Below are positions 47,331 to 56,560 of a stretch of DNA of 64,000 nucleotides, piece by piece (position 1 is the first letter of the stretch; each line of letters opens with the position of its first letter). The notes below the pieces were generated by a model. The model made no database searches. It had not been told where the DNA came from and worked only from the letters and a program-made list of their open reading frames with translations. The position numbers and the translations under genes were made by a program. This DNA is from an uncultured bacterium (GTDB taxonomy: Bacteria > Patescibacteriota > Minisyncoccia > UBA6257 > GWB1-50-10), in contig CAVYJB010000001.1 in assembly GCA_963768835.1 (NCBI GenBank), forward strand, positions 24,420 to 88,419, read 5' to 3'.

Positions 47331-47720
47331 ATGAACGGAACTATTGATGGTTCGCCCAACGATCGCTCACCGCTACTTGATCCGGCGCTCCTACTGCGAC
47401 TAGGAATCGGCCTTACCCTCCTCTACGCAGCTATCCAGGCGTTTGCGAATCCTACAAGTTGGGTGGGCTTCATCCCGCATTGGCTTGGAGCTATCATCGA
47501 CCCTCAACTTTTCCTCAAGATCCATTCCTTTTTCGAGCTCGTGCTGGGAATCGCACTCGTAGCTGGATTCCGGGTGCGGTGGGCCGCAATGCTTGCCGCG
47601 CTTGATATGCTAGCCCTTCTTGTCTTCTATGGCGTGGACGACCTCACGTTTCGCGACATGGGACTTCTCATGGCGGCGCTTGCTCTCTTCGTACTGGTAC
47701 GCACCCGTCCAAGAAGATAG
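47331..47720 (+). CDS. DoxX family membrane protein
   Basis: LLRLGIG, ELVLG, RDMGL. Confidence 0.8.
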   Translation: MNGTIDGSPNDRSPLLDPALLLRLGIGLTLLYAAIQAFANPTSWVGFIPHWLGAIIDPQLFLKIHSFFELVLGIALVAGFRVRWAAMLAALDMLALLVFYGVDDLTFRDMGLLMAALALFVLVRTRPRR

Positions 47721-47772
47721 GTATATAAAAATCAGGGACCCGCGGGTCCCTGAATATTTCTTACGTCGGGAG

Positions 47773-48156
47773 TCACCCCTCCACAATAATCGGATTGGGC
47801 TTCTTCCCTTCAAGAATATCTTTTGTCACCACTACACAGCGAGGCTCACGTGTTCGCATCCGCCAATCTGCGAGCGGAACCGCCACATGGATCACGTCGT
47901 TCGGATCACTGGGGCGTTGAAGAAAGATGCAGCGAAATTCTTCCGTTGGACAATCGGAGCAGCCTAAGGCTTTAACTACGAAACGTCCTTCGGAAACTTC
48001 TGCGAGCGGGGTTGCTCGACCATAGGGACACCCAATCGGGACCTGAGTTTTTCTGGCATCTCGAAACATCCATCGGAACACAAAGAAAACGAGGGCGGTT
48101 AGTATAGCAACAGCTCCAATCGCCTTCCCAGCGATTACAAAAGATATGATAGGCAT
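47773..48156 (-). CDS. Hypothetical membrane-anchored protein
   Basis: TTGACG-18-TATAAC promoter, TAAGGAG SD, N-terminal TM, terminator 47732-47753. Confidence 0.6.
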   Translation of the reverse strand: MPIISFVIAGKAIGAVAILTALVFFVFRWMFRDARKTQVPIGCPYGRATPLAEVSEGRFVVKALGCSDCPTEEFRCIFLQRPSDPNDVIHVAVPLADWRMRTREPRCVVVTKDILEGKKPNPIIVEG

Positions 48157-48257
48157 AGCAATCTCCTTAAAGTTAAGGGGGGTTATGCAGGGATAAATTG
48201 GTAATAGCGCTATGGTAGTTATACCTCCGTAGCGCTTTACCCGTCAACGCTCTGAGA

Positions 48258-49277
48258 TTACCCGTGCCGGATCACCATCACGTCACCATCCTGTACCACG
48301 TAGTCCTTCCCCTCAAGCCGAAGCCACCCTTTTTGTTTTGCGCCGCTCCAACCACCAGCAGTAACAAGCTTGTCATAGGAAACTACTTCTGCGCGGATAA
48401 ACTTGTGTTCAAAATCCGTGTGAATGGTTCCCGCTGCCTGGGGCGCTTTCCATCCTCTCTCAATGGTCCACGCGCGAGTCTCGTCTTCGCCAGTCGTGAA
48501 AAAGCTCATTAGGTTCAAGATACGATACGCCTCGCGGATGAGTTCAGGGATCCCACCCACCGTCGAGAGATCCGCCGCAAGGTAACCCGCGGCTTTCTGC
48601 TTCACGGTTTCGAGGAGCGCGGGCGATACCTCTGCGAGCGAACCGTTGAAAAGGACGAGTTGGGGCTTCGCGGTGAGAAGATTCAACTGGCGGATAACCG
48701 GCGTGGCAGGATCTTTTGGATTGAGCGCTGCACTTCCAGAAACAAGCCATTCGCCCTTAGCGAGCCGCTCCCGAATACGCTTGAGCGCTTCAACCTCCGC
48801 GAGCGCTTCCTTTGAACGACCGTGCGCGTCTGCTTCCGCCCGCGGGAGCCGTTTTTCAACAGTCTCGAGATCCTTCAGGGCGAGCTCGGTCTCGATAATA
48901 TCAAAATCACGTACCGGGTCTACGCCTCCTTCTACATGAATGATTTCACCGTTCTTAAATACGCGCACGAGGTGAAGAACTGCATTTGTCTCACGGATAT
49001 GCGACAGGAACTGATTCCCAAGCCCCTCGCCTTTATTAGCTCCCTTCACAAGCCCCGCAATATCGTAAAACTCCACGACCGCGGGAACGGTTTTTTTCGA
49101 GCTTGAGAGTTTCGTAAGAATATTTAACCTCTCATCGGGGACGGGAACTACGCCCACGTTCGGGTCGATGGTCGCGAAAGGATAGTTTGCGATGTGTACT
49201 TCCTGCGCGGTGAGAATTTTGAAGAGCGTCGATTTGCCGACATTTGGAAGTCCGACGATGCCGATAGAGAGTTTCAT
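48258..49277 (-). CDS. ychF: Obg-family ATPase YchF
   Basis: GLPNVGKS, NYPFATIDPN, DIAGLV.GA..GEGLGN, TGS domain. Confidence 0.97.
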   Translation of the reverse strand: MKLSIGIVGLPNVGKSTLFKILTAQEVHIANYPFATIDPNVGVVPVPDERLNILTKLSSSKKTVPAVVEFYDIAGLVKGANKGEGLGNQFLSHIRETNAVLHLVRVFKNGEIIHVEGGVDPVRDFDIIETELALKDLETVEKRLPRAEADAHGRSKEALAEVEALKRIRERLAKGEWLVSGSAALNPKDPATPVIRQLNLLTAKPQLVLFNGSLAEVSPALLETVKQKAAGYLAADLSTVGGIPELIREAYRILNLMSFFTTGEDETRAWTIERGWKAPQAAGTIHTDFEHKFIRAEVVSYDKLVTAGGWSGAKQKGWLRLEGKDYVVQDGDVMVIRHG

Positions 49278-49371
49278 GATGAGAGTCTTGACAAACTCAT
49301 AAAGAATATAGTATACTGCGACCGGATGTTTTACAACCCACTATACCATAACCACCTGAAGGAGGTGTGGC

Positions 49372-49875
49372 TTGAAACGACCTGAGGCTATTATTGCATT
49401 CGCATTCGGCGGTCGTACAAATCAGCAGCCAGGCAAAAGCAACGAGGCGCTCGCCCAAGTAGTGAACAGCTACCAGTGGGCGAACCCTAACACCGTCATC
49501 GTTGCACAACAAGAAATCGCCGGGCAACTTAAACCAGCGGCAGGTTGTACAATTCGCTGGCACCGAAAAGAGGGCGACTATCTCGATACGGACGAGGTCG
49601 CAACACAAGCCCTAATTCACCTTCACAACTTCGATCCAACTGCAGAGTGGTCCATCCTTGTGGCGGCACAACCGTTCATCCACCGATTTCAAGCCGTCGG
49701 GTTGGTCCGAAAGATTGCCCTCTCGCGCTATCCAATGCAGAGATTTATCGTGCGGAGGCTTCAAACCGGACGGATACCGTTCGACCGTGAATCCATCCAA
49801 TGGTGGACGCGGGGACCATTTCGTTTTTTTCTCTACGCGATCGGGCGTGTGGCCCTGGATCGCCGCGGACCCTGA
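49372..49875 (+). CDS. Hypothetical protein (possible divergent HUP/DUF218-like fold)
   Basis: TTGACA-18-TATACT, AAGGAGG SD, TTG start, terminator 49895-49920. Confidence 0.65.
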   Translation: MKRPEAIIAFAFGGRTNQQPGKSNEALAQVVNSYQWANPNTVIVAQQEIAGQLKPAAGCTIRWHRKEGDYLDTDEVATQALIHLHNFDPTAEWSILVAAQPFIHRFQAVGLVRKIALSRYPMQRFIVRRLQTGRIPFDRESIQWWTRGPFRFFLYAIGRVALDRRGP

Positions 49876-49921
49876 GGGCGTGAAAAAACACATTAGGACG
49901 GGAGATTATCTCCCGTCCTTG

Positions 49922-50464
49922 CTATTTATTGTCTTGAATTAAGAATCGGTACCGCTTCTTCGCCCATACCGGTCCGGCATATTCCACGCCGATACGCGCT
50001 GTACGCCTGATACGCGATTTTGGAATTCTTACTCCCCTATCTTCTATCCATAATCCTGCCCGCCGGGTGGCGGGTTTTTTATTAAACCGATTGTTGATTT
50101 TAAGAAACCTCGTAAGCCGGGCGGGACCGTCAATGCGTTTCCCCTCCACCTCGATGCCGCGGACGAGAACCGCCGCGGGATATCCTTCCTTTCCCGTCAC
50201 AATGTTAAGCATCCAATGCATCCCGTAAGTGAAATAGACATACCAACAACCAGCTGGCCCAAACATTACCGCATTCCGTTTCGTTCTCCCGCGTGAAGCG
50301 TGCGAAGCCTTATCGCGCGACCCGTCATAGGCCTCTACCTCGGTTACCATGACAGCAACCATTCGTCGTCCAACCTTCCGCACGAGATATTTTCCAAGCA
50401 GCCTCTGCGCGACTGCAAGCGTAGAATTGCTAAAGAATTTATATGTTAGAATATTTGACATCAT
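49922..50464 (-). CDS. mpg: DNA-3-methyladenine glycosylase (MPG/AAG family)
   Basis: LLGK.L, EVEAY.G..D.ASH, YVY..YGMH, GPARL, RIG. Confidence 0.95.
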   Translation of the reverse strand: MMSNILTYKFFSNSTLAVAQRLLGKYLVRKVGRRMVAVMVTEVEAYDGSRDKASHASRGRTKRNAVMFGPAGCWYVYFTYGMHWMLNIVTGKEGYPAAVLVRGIEVEGKRIDGPARLTRFLKINNRFNKKPATRRAGLWIEDRGVRIPKSRIRRTARIGVEYAGPVWAKKRYRFLIQDNK

Positions 50465-50539
50465 TGCGACCTGGTGCTATCACTTGAAATAGCACCACAA
50501 CAACTAGGCACAGATTCATCCACCATCTGGAGGTTCCCG

Positions 50540-50764
50540 ATGAACACCCCGATTACACAGCGTCCGGCGGAGAAATCAGTGGGGGCACAACTAGCAGACT
50601 GCATCTTTGGGATGGCGACCCTAGCTCTAGCCCTCTTCCTCTTCCACCGCTTCGGTATCGACAAAAATCTACTCGAGCTGTTCGTAGGAGTGTTATGTCT
50701 CTTGCTTTCCGTCGGGGCCTCCGACAATGACCCCAATGACGATGGCCCCTGCGGTGGCCCGTAG
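50540..50764 (+). CDS. Small two-TM hypothetical protein
   Basis: TTGACA promoter at 50455, GGAGG SD. Confidence 0.5.
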   Translation: MNTPITQRPAEKSVGAQLADCIFGMATLALALFLFHRFGIDKNLLELFVGVLCLLLSVGASDNDPNDDGPCGGP

Positions 50765-50805
50765 TACAGATCCGATCCCGTAACCCTCGGGCAGTATCCG
50801 AATTA

Positions 50806-51178
50806 TTAAAGCAATCTCTGCACCTCTGCGATAATTTCACTAGGCACCGGATCCCTCTCGGGGCTCTTCCCTGGGTAGCGCCAGGCCGTGATAACCTTCA
50901 GCTTCCCTCCCGTTTGCGGTACCACCGCGAACGGGCTTTTTTTTATCTTTATCTTTTTTTTCTTGTCGCTGAATTTTATACATCACCCAAATCTCCTGAT
51001 ATTTGGAGGTACCCGCCGACTGCATCACCGCAACCGTCCGAGGTGCAATCCCTTCTTCTGTGCGGGCAGGAAATCGAATGACACGTTTGATACGAGATTC
51101 CGAAAGCCCGTAGAATTGCATCTTCTCCCACACGTGGTGCGTCCACGCGTAGTGCGCATCATCCTTAGGCGGTTTCAT
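50806..51178 (-). pseudogene. Small protein (DUF4258/RelE-like pattern) with frameshift in A8 runs
   Basis: WTHH...KM...LSE.RIKRVIR.P; continues in another frame as KLKVITAWRYPGKSP...LL*. Confidence 0.65.
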
Positions 51179-51181
51179 CTT

Positions 51182-51757
51182 TTAGCGGCCGTAGAGGCCG
51201 ATAAGTGTCGCTTCTTCAAGAACGTGGCCATCCATCGCGCGCTCCAGATCTGCTTTTGTAGAAGCATCGGGAAGCGCCAAAACCACATCCAATGCGTAAA
51301 GCTTGAACATATATCGGTGGGGCTTCGCTGCACTTCCTCGTGGCGGACACGGGCCTCCGTATCGCTGCTTCCCGAAACCTGTCATCCCTTGCACCGCACC
51401 AGAGGGCACGTTGTCTTCGGACACGTACTGTGTTTTTGCATCAATGTTCCACACGATCCAATGATCAAAAGGGACGCCGCGTGTCGCGTCCGGATCGTCC
51501 ACTACGAGCGCTAACGATTTCGCGTCGGGCGGAACACTTTTCACCTCGAGCATCGGGTTCACATCATCCCCGTCACAGGTGAACTTTGACGGGATGGCTT
51601 CGTTGTTCTTGAAAGATGAGCTTTTGAGTTCCATAGTTCCGGCAGAAATTTTGAGTGGTGGCGGGGGCAGTAACGTTTGGGATGTTCGAGTTATAACGTA
51701 CGAGCCCCCCGCTGCAAGAGCCAGCACGACAACCAGGGAAAGGATGGTGCGTCGCAT
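51182..51757 (-). CDS. YbhB/YbcL (PEBP) family protein with N-terminal anchor
   Basis: DDPDA, HWIVWNI, YGGPCPP, HRY.F.LYALD. Confidence 0.93.
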   Translation of the reverse strand: MRRTILSLVVVLALAAGGSYVITRTSQTLLPPPPLKISAGTMELKSSSFKNNEAIPSKFTCDGDDVNPMLEVKSVPPDAKSLALVVDDPDATRGVPFDHWIVWNIDAKTQYVSEDNVPSGAVQGMTGFGKQRYGGPCPPRGSAAKPHRYMFKLYALDVVLALPDASTKADLERAMDGHVLEEATLIGLYGR

Positions 51758-51832
51758 ACCGTATTCACTTGCCGTATAACTATACCGCAGTGGAATTTTG
51801 AATGACAATGCCCCTATAATGAGGGGGTTCCT

Positions 51833-52936
51833 ATGGCACTGGCAATCTATCGGCGATATCGCCCCGCCACCTTTGGAGACCTCCTGGGACAGGAGCTCAC
51901 GGTCCGCATTCTCAGGGAGGCGGCTCGTCAGGATACCCTGGCCCATGCCTACCTTTTCGCGGGACCCCGCGGTACAGGGAAAACTACCACGGCTCGGCTT
52001 ATCGCGAAAATCGCGAACTGCGAGAAACGCGCGTCAGATGCTGCCTTCCGTGCGAAAGGAGAGCCCTGCAATGCGTGCGCGCACTGCCACGACATCGACG
52101 AAGGGCGCTCGCTCGATGTCATTGAGATTGATGCGGCCTCGAACCGAGGTATCGACGAGATACGGAACCTGAAGGAGAGCGTGCGCACCGAGCCCTCCTC
52201 CGCACGCTACAAGGTTTTCATTATCGACGAAGCACATCAGCTCACCAAAGATGCATGGAACGCGCTCCTTAAAACCCTAGAGGAACCGCCCGCGCACGTC
52301 ATTATGGTGCTCGCCACCACAGAAGCGGACCGGGTACCGGCGACTATTCTCTCACGCGCCCAGCAGTTTTACTTCCGCCATGTACCTTTAGAAACCATCG
52401 TCATGAAACTGAAACGCATCGCAACCGCGGAAAAGATCGCCATCGCGCCTGACGCTCTGGAGCTTATCGCAGCCTCTGGAGAAGGCAGTTTCCGCGATGC
52501 AGAGTCGCTCTTAGATCAACTAGTCGCCTTTAAAGACAAGAACCTCACGCTTGAGGATGTGGAATCGCTGGTTGGCAAGGTGGGCTTCCGGACACTCGCG
52601 GACTTCGCTGGGTATCTCCTTGCCGGCGAGGTTCCGAAAGCCTTGGAGAAGCTCGCGGGGGTAACCGACCGTGGCTACAATCTCACCCAGTTCACCAAGG
52701 ACCTCATCACATATCTCAGGCGTGCGGCTGTTCTACATTATGACCCGCAAATGGAAACCTTGTTCCAAGATGAACTTGCTCCAGACCACCTAACGCAACT
52801 CACGGCGCATTCTAAGCTCTTCACGGAACACCATCTCCTGCTCCTCAAGGGCCTCATCACCGCGTACGGCCAGATGCGCTACAGTCCGTTCCCTATCGTT
52901 CCCCTCGAAATCGCGATCCTCGAAGCCGGTGTGTAG
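51833..52936 (+). CDS. dnaX: DNA polymerase III subunit gamma/tau (short form)
   Basis: YRRYRP..F, GPRGTGKTT, Zn Cys motif, EIDAASNRG, IIDEAH, LLKTLEEPP. Confidence 0.97.
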   Translation: MALAIYRRYRPATFGDLLGQELTVRILREAARQDTLAHAYLFAGPRGTGKTTTARLIAKIANCEKRASDAAFRAKGEPCNACAHCHDIDEGRSLDVIEIDAASNRGIDEIRNLKESVRTEPSSARYKVFIIDEAHQLTKDAWNALLKTLEEPPAHVIMVLATTEADRVPATILSRAQQFYFRHVPLETIVMKLKRIATAEKIAIAPDALELIAASGEGSFRDAESLLDQLVAFKDKNLTLEDVESLVGKVGFRTLADFAGYLLAGEVPKALEKLAGVTDRGYNLTQFTKDLITYLRRAAVLHYDPQMETLFQDELAPDHLTQLTAHSKLFTEHHLLLLKGLITAYGQMRYSPFPIVPLEIAILEAGV

Positions 52937-52945
52937 ATATTTAGG

Positions 52946-53608
52946 ATGAACCCTGTATTCTCTTCCAAGACCCTCTCGCGGGGCGCGAAGGTCGCCATCG
53001 GTATCGCGCTCTCCTGTCTCGTGGTGCTCGTGGGGACACTGCTCTACATCGCATCGCACGAACACGCCGCAACGGCTTGCACCCAGGACGCAAAAATCTG
53101 TCCCGACGGATCTACAGTCGGTCGTGTCGGCCCTTACTGCCAGTTCGCCGACTGTCCCTCAACGAGTACGGTAGGCGGCGCACCAGGCAGCGTGGCCTGC
53201 GCGGAGGACATGCGCGCCTGTCCGGATGGAAGTCTTGTTCCGCGCGTGCCCCCCTCCTGCGATTTCGCTCCCTGCAATTCACAAACGGGGTTTGGCACCC
53301 TCGAAGGCCACGTGACGATCGGCCCCATTTGCCCCGTGGAACGCCCCGGACAGCCATGCCCTGTACCACCAGAAATGTACGCGGCGCGGAAGGTCCTGAT
53401 CTACAACGCCGATCGAACAGTGCTCATCCAAACCGTTTCCTTGGACACGAGCGGAAATTACCGCATCCGACTTGCCGTGGGGCGCTACACGGTGGACGTG
53501 AGCCGCGCGGGCGGCATAGGAGGAGTCCGTGGCGTTCCCACAATCGCTCCCATCGAACCAAACGGAACCGCGACAGTTGATATCATGATCGATACCGGGA
53601 TACGATAG
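52946..53608 (+). CDS. Membrane-anchored protein with two Cys-rich repeats and a C-terminal beta-sandwich
   Basis: CTQDAKICPDGSTVGRVGPYCQFADC / CAEDMRACPDGSLVPRVPPSCDFAPC; GPICPVE. Confidence 0.85.
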   Translation: MNPVFSSKTLSRGAKVAIGIALSCLVVLVGTLLYIASHEHAATACTQDAKICPDGSTVGRVGPYCQFADCPSTSTVGGAPGSVACAEDMRACPDGSLVPRVPPSCDFAPCNSQTGFGTLEGHVTIGPICPVERPGQPCPVPPEMYAARKVLIYNADRTVLIQTVSLDTSGNYRIRLAVGRYTVDVSRAGGIGGVRGVPTIAPIEPNGTATVDIMIDTGIR

Positions 53609-53645
53609 TTTCGGGTTTACCGTTCATCGTTTATAGTTTTGACAT

Positions 53646-53716
53646 TGGGAGGTCGTCTAACGGTAGGACATGGGCCTTTGGAGCCCAGTATGAAGGTTCG
53701 ATTCCTTCCCTCCCAA
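53646..53716 (+). tRNA. tRNA-Gln(TTG), CCA not encoded
   Basis: Acceptor TGGGAGG/CCTCCCA, TGGGC-CTTTGGA-GCCCA, GGTTCGATTCC. Confidence 0.96.
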
Positions 53717-53911
53717 CTAGAACAGTCCGTGTGGCACCAGAAAAAGCAAGCGCTCTTTACCCCCACCGCCCTTGGACTGTGGACAAATCTCTGTATAATC
53801 TAGGGTAGTAGTTTGGGGGCCTAGGGAAACCCCACAGTAGTTCTTTCCAATCAAATCGAGAATGGAATGCTCTGGAACCTAAAAGGTCGAATTGTGATAG
53901 TACCTAACCGA

Positions 53912-54619
53912 ATGAAGAAAACGCTTGTCATCGCTGTTGCCCTGTTTGTAGGACTCGGAACCGGAGCCGTATCGGGAGTGGCACATGCCGCAAACTCCAA
54001 TCTCAGTGAGCACGACCGGATCGTTCTCCAGTCAGAACTCGATGCGCTGAAGGGCACTCTTCTGCAACTCCAGACGGAATATGCGGTCCTTGCCCCCTCC
54101 GCTCCGGTCGCCGTAACCCCACCCGAGGAATCAGGGACCGTGTGGGATCCTACTGAACTCTCCGCATTGAAGGACGGGCTCGACATGTTGGAGGTGACCC
54201 TTGCAGAGCTCCAGCTTCGAGTTGAAGCAGGCGCTGTGCCGGTTGCGAATCGCGCGGCCATTGCCGTGAGCCTCGGTTCTCTGGGAAATGCTCTTGCCGC
54301 TATCGGTGATAGCATGACCCCGACGGTTGCCCAGTCGCAAAGCTCAGCTCCGGCAGCAGAATCGGCCCCCATCGTAACCCAGGCGCAACCCCCTGTTCCG
54401 CAGAGTAACACCGACCTTAATTCGGCCCCTGGGAGCGCCCCTGCCGCGGCTGTAAACAACCAAGCCCTAGCATCGGAGGCCCAGAACGCAGGTCCGAACG
54501 GGATGGTGGTTGCGGGCATCGTAATCCTGATTGCCGCCGTCATCGCTATCTGGTTTTGGAGAGCAAGGGCAGGTGCAAAAGCACCGAAACCGACTCCGAC
54601 ATACCCCAAAAGGGCATAA
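53912..54619 (+). CDS. Secreted helical protein with C-terminal TM anchor
   Basis: Signal peptide (AHA), Pro/Ala linker, TM plus basic tail; terminator 54618-54656. Confidence 0.8.
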   Translation: MKKTLVIAVALFVGLGTGAVSGVAHAANSNLSEHDRIVLQSELDALKGTLLQLQTEYAVLAPSAPVAVTPPEESGTVWDPTELSALKDGLDMLEVTLAELQLRVEAGAVPVANRAAIAVSLGSLGNALAAIGDSMTPTVAQSQSSAPAAESAPIVTQAQPPVPQSNTDLNSAPGSAPAAAVNNQALASEAQNAGPNGMVVAGIVILIAAVIAIWFWRARAGAKAPKPTPTYPKRA

Positions 54620-54713
54620 AAAGAAGATCCGCTTGGCCAGGCGGATTTTCTTTTTATGCCGTTTTCCTTGTGCACTTTATCTACCATCCCCATTTGGTAC
54701 AATAGAGGTTGGC

Positions 54714-56558
54714 ATGAGTATTCCCAACCCATCTGGGGCTGCTGGTGTGTTTGGAACCGACAAGGAGGTCCTGCTTTTGTACACCTCGTTTGATAGCAGG
54801 AAAAAGTCCAGCCGATTTCACGTAGCAACCAGTTCGGACGGGATGAAGTTCTCGTCCTCCGAAAAAGTTCCGACTATCGCCGGTCCTACGCGCGGATCGC
54901 GCGAAGAAGCTCGGCGATGTGAAGATCTCTATATCTCGCGACTGTCGGGGAAATACCTTCTTACCTACCTTAAAAAAGTGGGGCGCACGCACACGTTCCG
55001 TATCGCGACCAGCATCGATGGCCTTCACTGGACATCCGAGGGAACAATCTCGGGCGTTCATGAACCCGGCGCTGTCATCCCAAACTTCGAATACCGCGGT
55101 GAACGCGCTCTTCTTTTCGGCGCGACCTCGCTTCACCTCGCGCTCTCCAAAAACCTGAAGAGCTGGAAGCAGGTCCGCTCCCCCATCTTAAAACCACGCC
55201 GAGGGCAGTTTGATAGCGCCGCGGTCGCGTTCGCCGGAACCTTCCTCACAACGCGTGGCATTGCGGTTCTCTACATCGGGACGGACCGCCGCGGCCATCG
55301 AGGCATCGGAGCGGCGGTTCTAGATCCCAACGATCTCACACGTGTCCGATGGCGAACCGAGTTCGCTCTTTGGGAGGCGCCCCTCGAATGGAAATCTGAG
55401 GATGTGCATTTGGTAGGCTGTGTCCATCGCAAAGAACATTCCTTGGTCTACTGGGAGGTCCGCGGGAAAGGTATTCTCGTGGCACCCGTACCAGCCGCCT
55501 GGCGCGACTTCAGGGTTCCACCGCTTGGAACATCTGAGGGGTTGAAACTTAAGAAGTCCGACCGGAATCCCCTGATCGCTCCCCACCCCGGGCATCGGTG
55601 GGAATCTCAAGCCACATTCAATGCTGCCGCCGCGCACGACGGGGGTGCGATCCACCTACTCTATCGAGCCATCGGGGACGACGGAGTCTCGGTTCTCGGC
55701 TATGCCGCAAGTCGCGATGGCATCCACATTGACGAGCGGCTCCCAGAGCCCGCTTACGTGCCCACCCGAGCTTTCGAAGGCCCCCAGCAGGACCGGAAGC
55801 TCCGCGTAGAATACGTTTCTGGAGGCGGCTATGGCGGTTGCGAAGACCCACGGCTCACCCGCATCGGCAACCGATACTACATGACCTATGTGGCATTTAA
55901 TGGATGGGACCTGCCCCGCGTGGCGCTTACCTCCATCGACGCCGATGATTTCCTGAACAAGCGGTGGACTTGGGCAGCTCCTGTTCTTATCTCACCGCCG
56001 GGCGTCATCGACAAGAACGCTTGCATCCTCCCCGAGAAGGTCCGAGGCAAATATGTGGTGTTCCACCGCGTCTTTCCGAACATTCAAATTGATTTTGTGG
56101 ACGACCTCGACGCTTTCGATGGACAAACAACGTGGCTTAAGCCCCATGGCGACGCCGAGATACGCCCACGACCCACAATGTGGGACAGCCGCAAAGTAGG
56201 AGCTGGCGCTCCTCCCCTAAAGACTCGCGACGGCTGGCTTCTTATCTACCAGGCAATTGGAAATCAAGACGCGTCCCGTTACAAGATTGGCGCGATGCTG
56301 CTGGATCTCAAAGACCCCACGGTCGTTCTCGCCCGCTCGAAGGTACCAATCGTGGAACCCGTCGAACCCTATGAAAACGAGGGGCACAAATGGGGCGTGG
56401 TATACCCTTGTGGGGCTGTAGAAAAAGATGGAGAACTCTTCGTATATTATGGAGGCGCCGACAAGGTCACCTGCGTTGCGACCGCTCCGCTGCAACCGTT
56501 TGTGGACGAACTGAAGCGCTCTGAGAAACCGACGCTCTCTCCGATTCATTTTGCCTGA
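54714..56558 (+). CDS. GH130-family glycosidase/phosphorylase, two propeller domains (N-terminal one degenerate)
   Basis: C-terminal FNAA, LLYRA, GCEDPR, DKN, VVYPCG, YYGGAD. Confidence 0.88.
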   Translation: MSIPNPSGAAGVFGTDKEVLLLYTSFDSRKKSSRFHVATSSDGMKFSSSEKVPTIAGPTRGSREEARRCEDLYISRLSGKYLLTYLKKVGRTHTFRIATSIDGLHWTSEGTISGVHEPGAVIPNFEYRGERALLFGATSLHLALSKNLKSWKQVRSPILKPRRGQFDSAAVAFAGTFLTTRGIAVLYIGTDRRGHRGIGAAVLDPNDLTRVRWRTEFALWEAPLEWKSEDVHLVGCVHRKEHSLVYWEVRGKGILVAPVPAAWRDFRVPPLGTSEGLKLKKSDRNPLIAPHPGHRWESQATFNAAAAHDGGAIHLLYRAIGDDGVSVLGYAASRDGIHIDERLPEPAYVPTRAFEGPQQDRKLRVEYVSGGGYGGCEDPRLTRIGNRYYMTYVAFNGWDLPRVALTSIDADDFLNKRWTWAAPVLISPPGVIDKNACILPEKVRGKYVVFHRVFPNIQIDFVDDLDAFDGQTTWLKPHGDAEIRPRPTMWDSRKVGAGAPPLKTRDGWLLIYQAIGNQDASRYKIGAMLLDLKDPTVVLARSKVPIVEPVEPYENEGHKWGVVYPCGAVEKDGELFVYYGGADKVTCVATAPLQPFVDELKRSEKPTLSPIHFA

Positions 56559-56560
56559 AC

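Noticed and set aside
51833-52936. dnaX truncation or programmed frameshift
   Set aside because: Clean stop followed by an unrelated gene, no slippery A6G site seen; a short gamma-like DnaX is plausible in reduced genomes.
53778-53786. DnaA box / origin of replication
   Set aside because: Single one-mismatch box, no cluster or AT-rich unwinding element.
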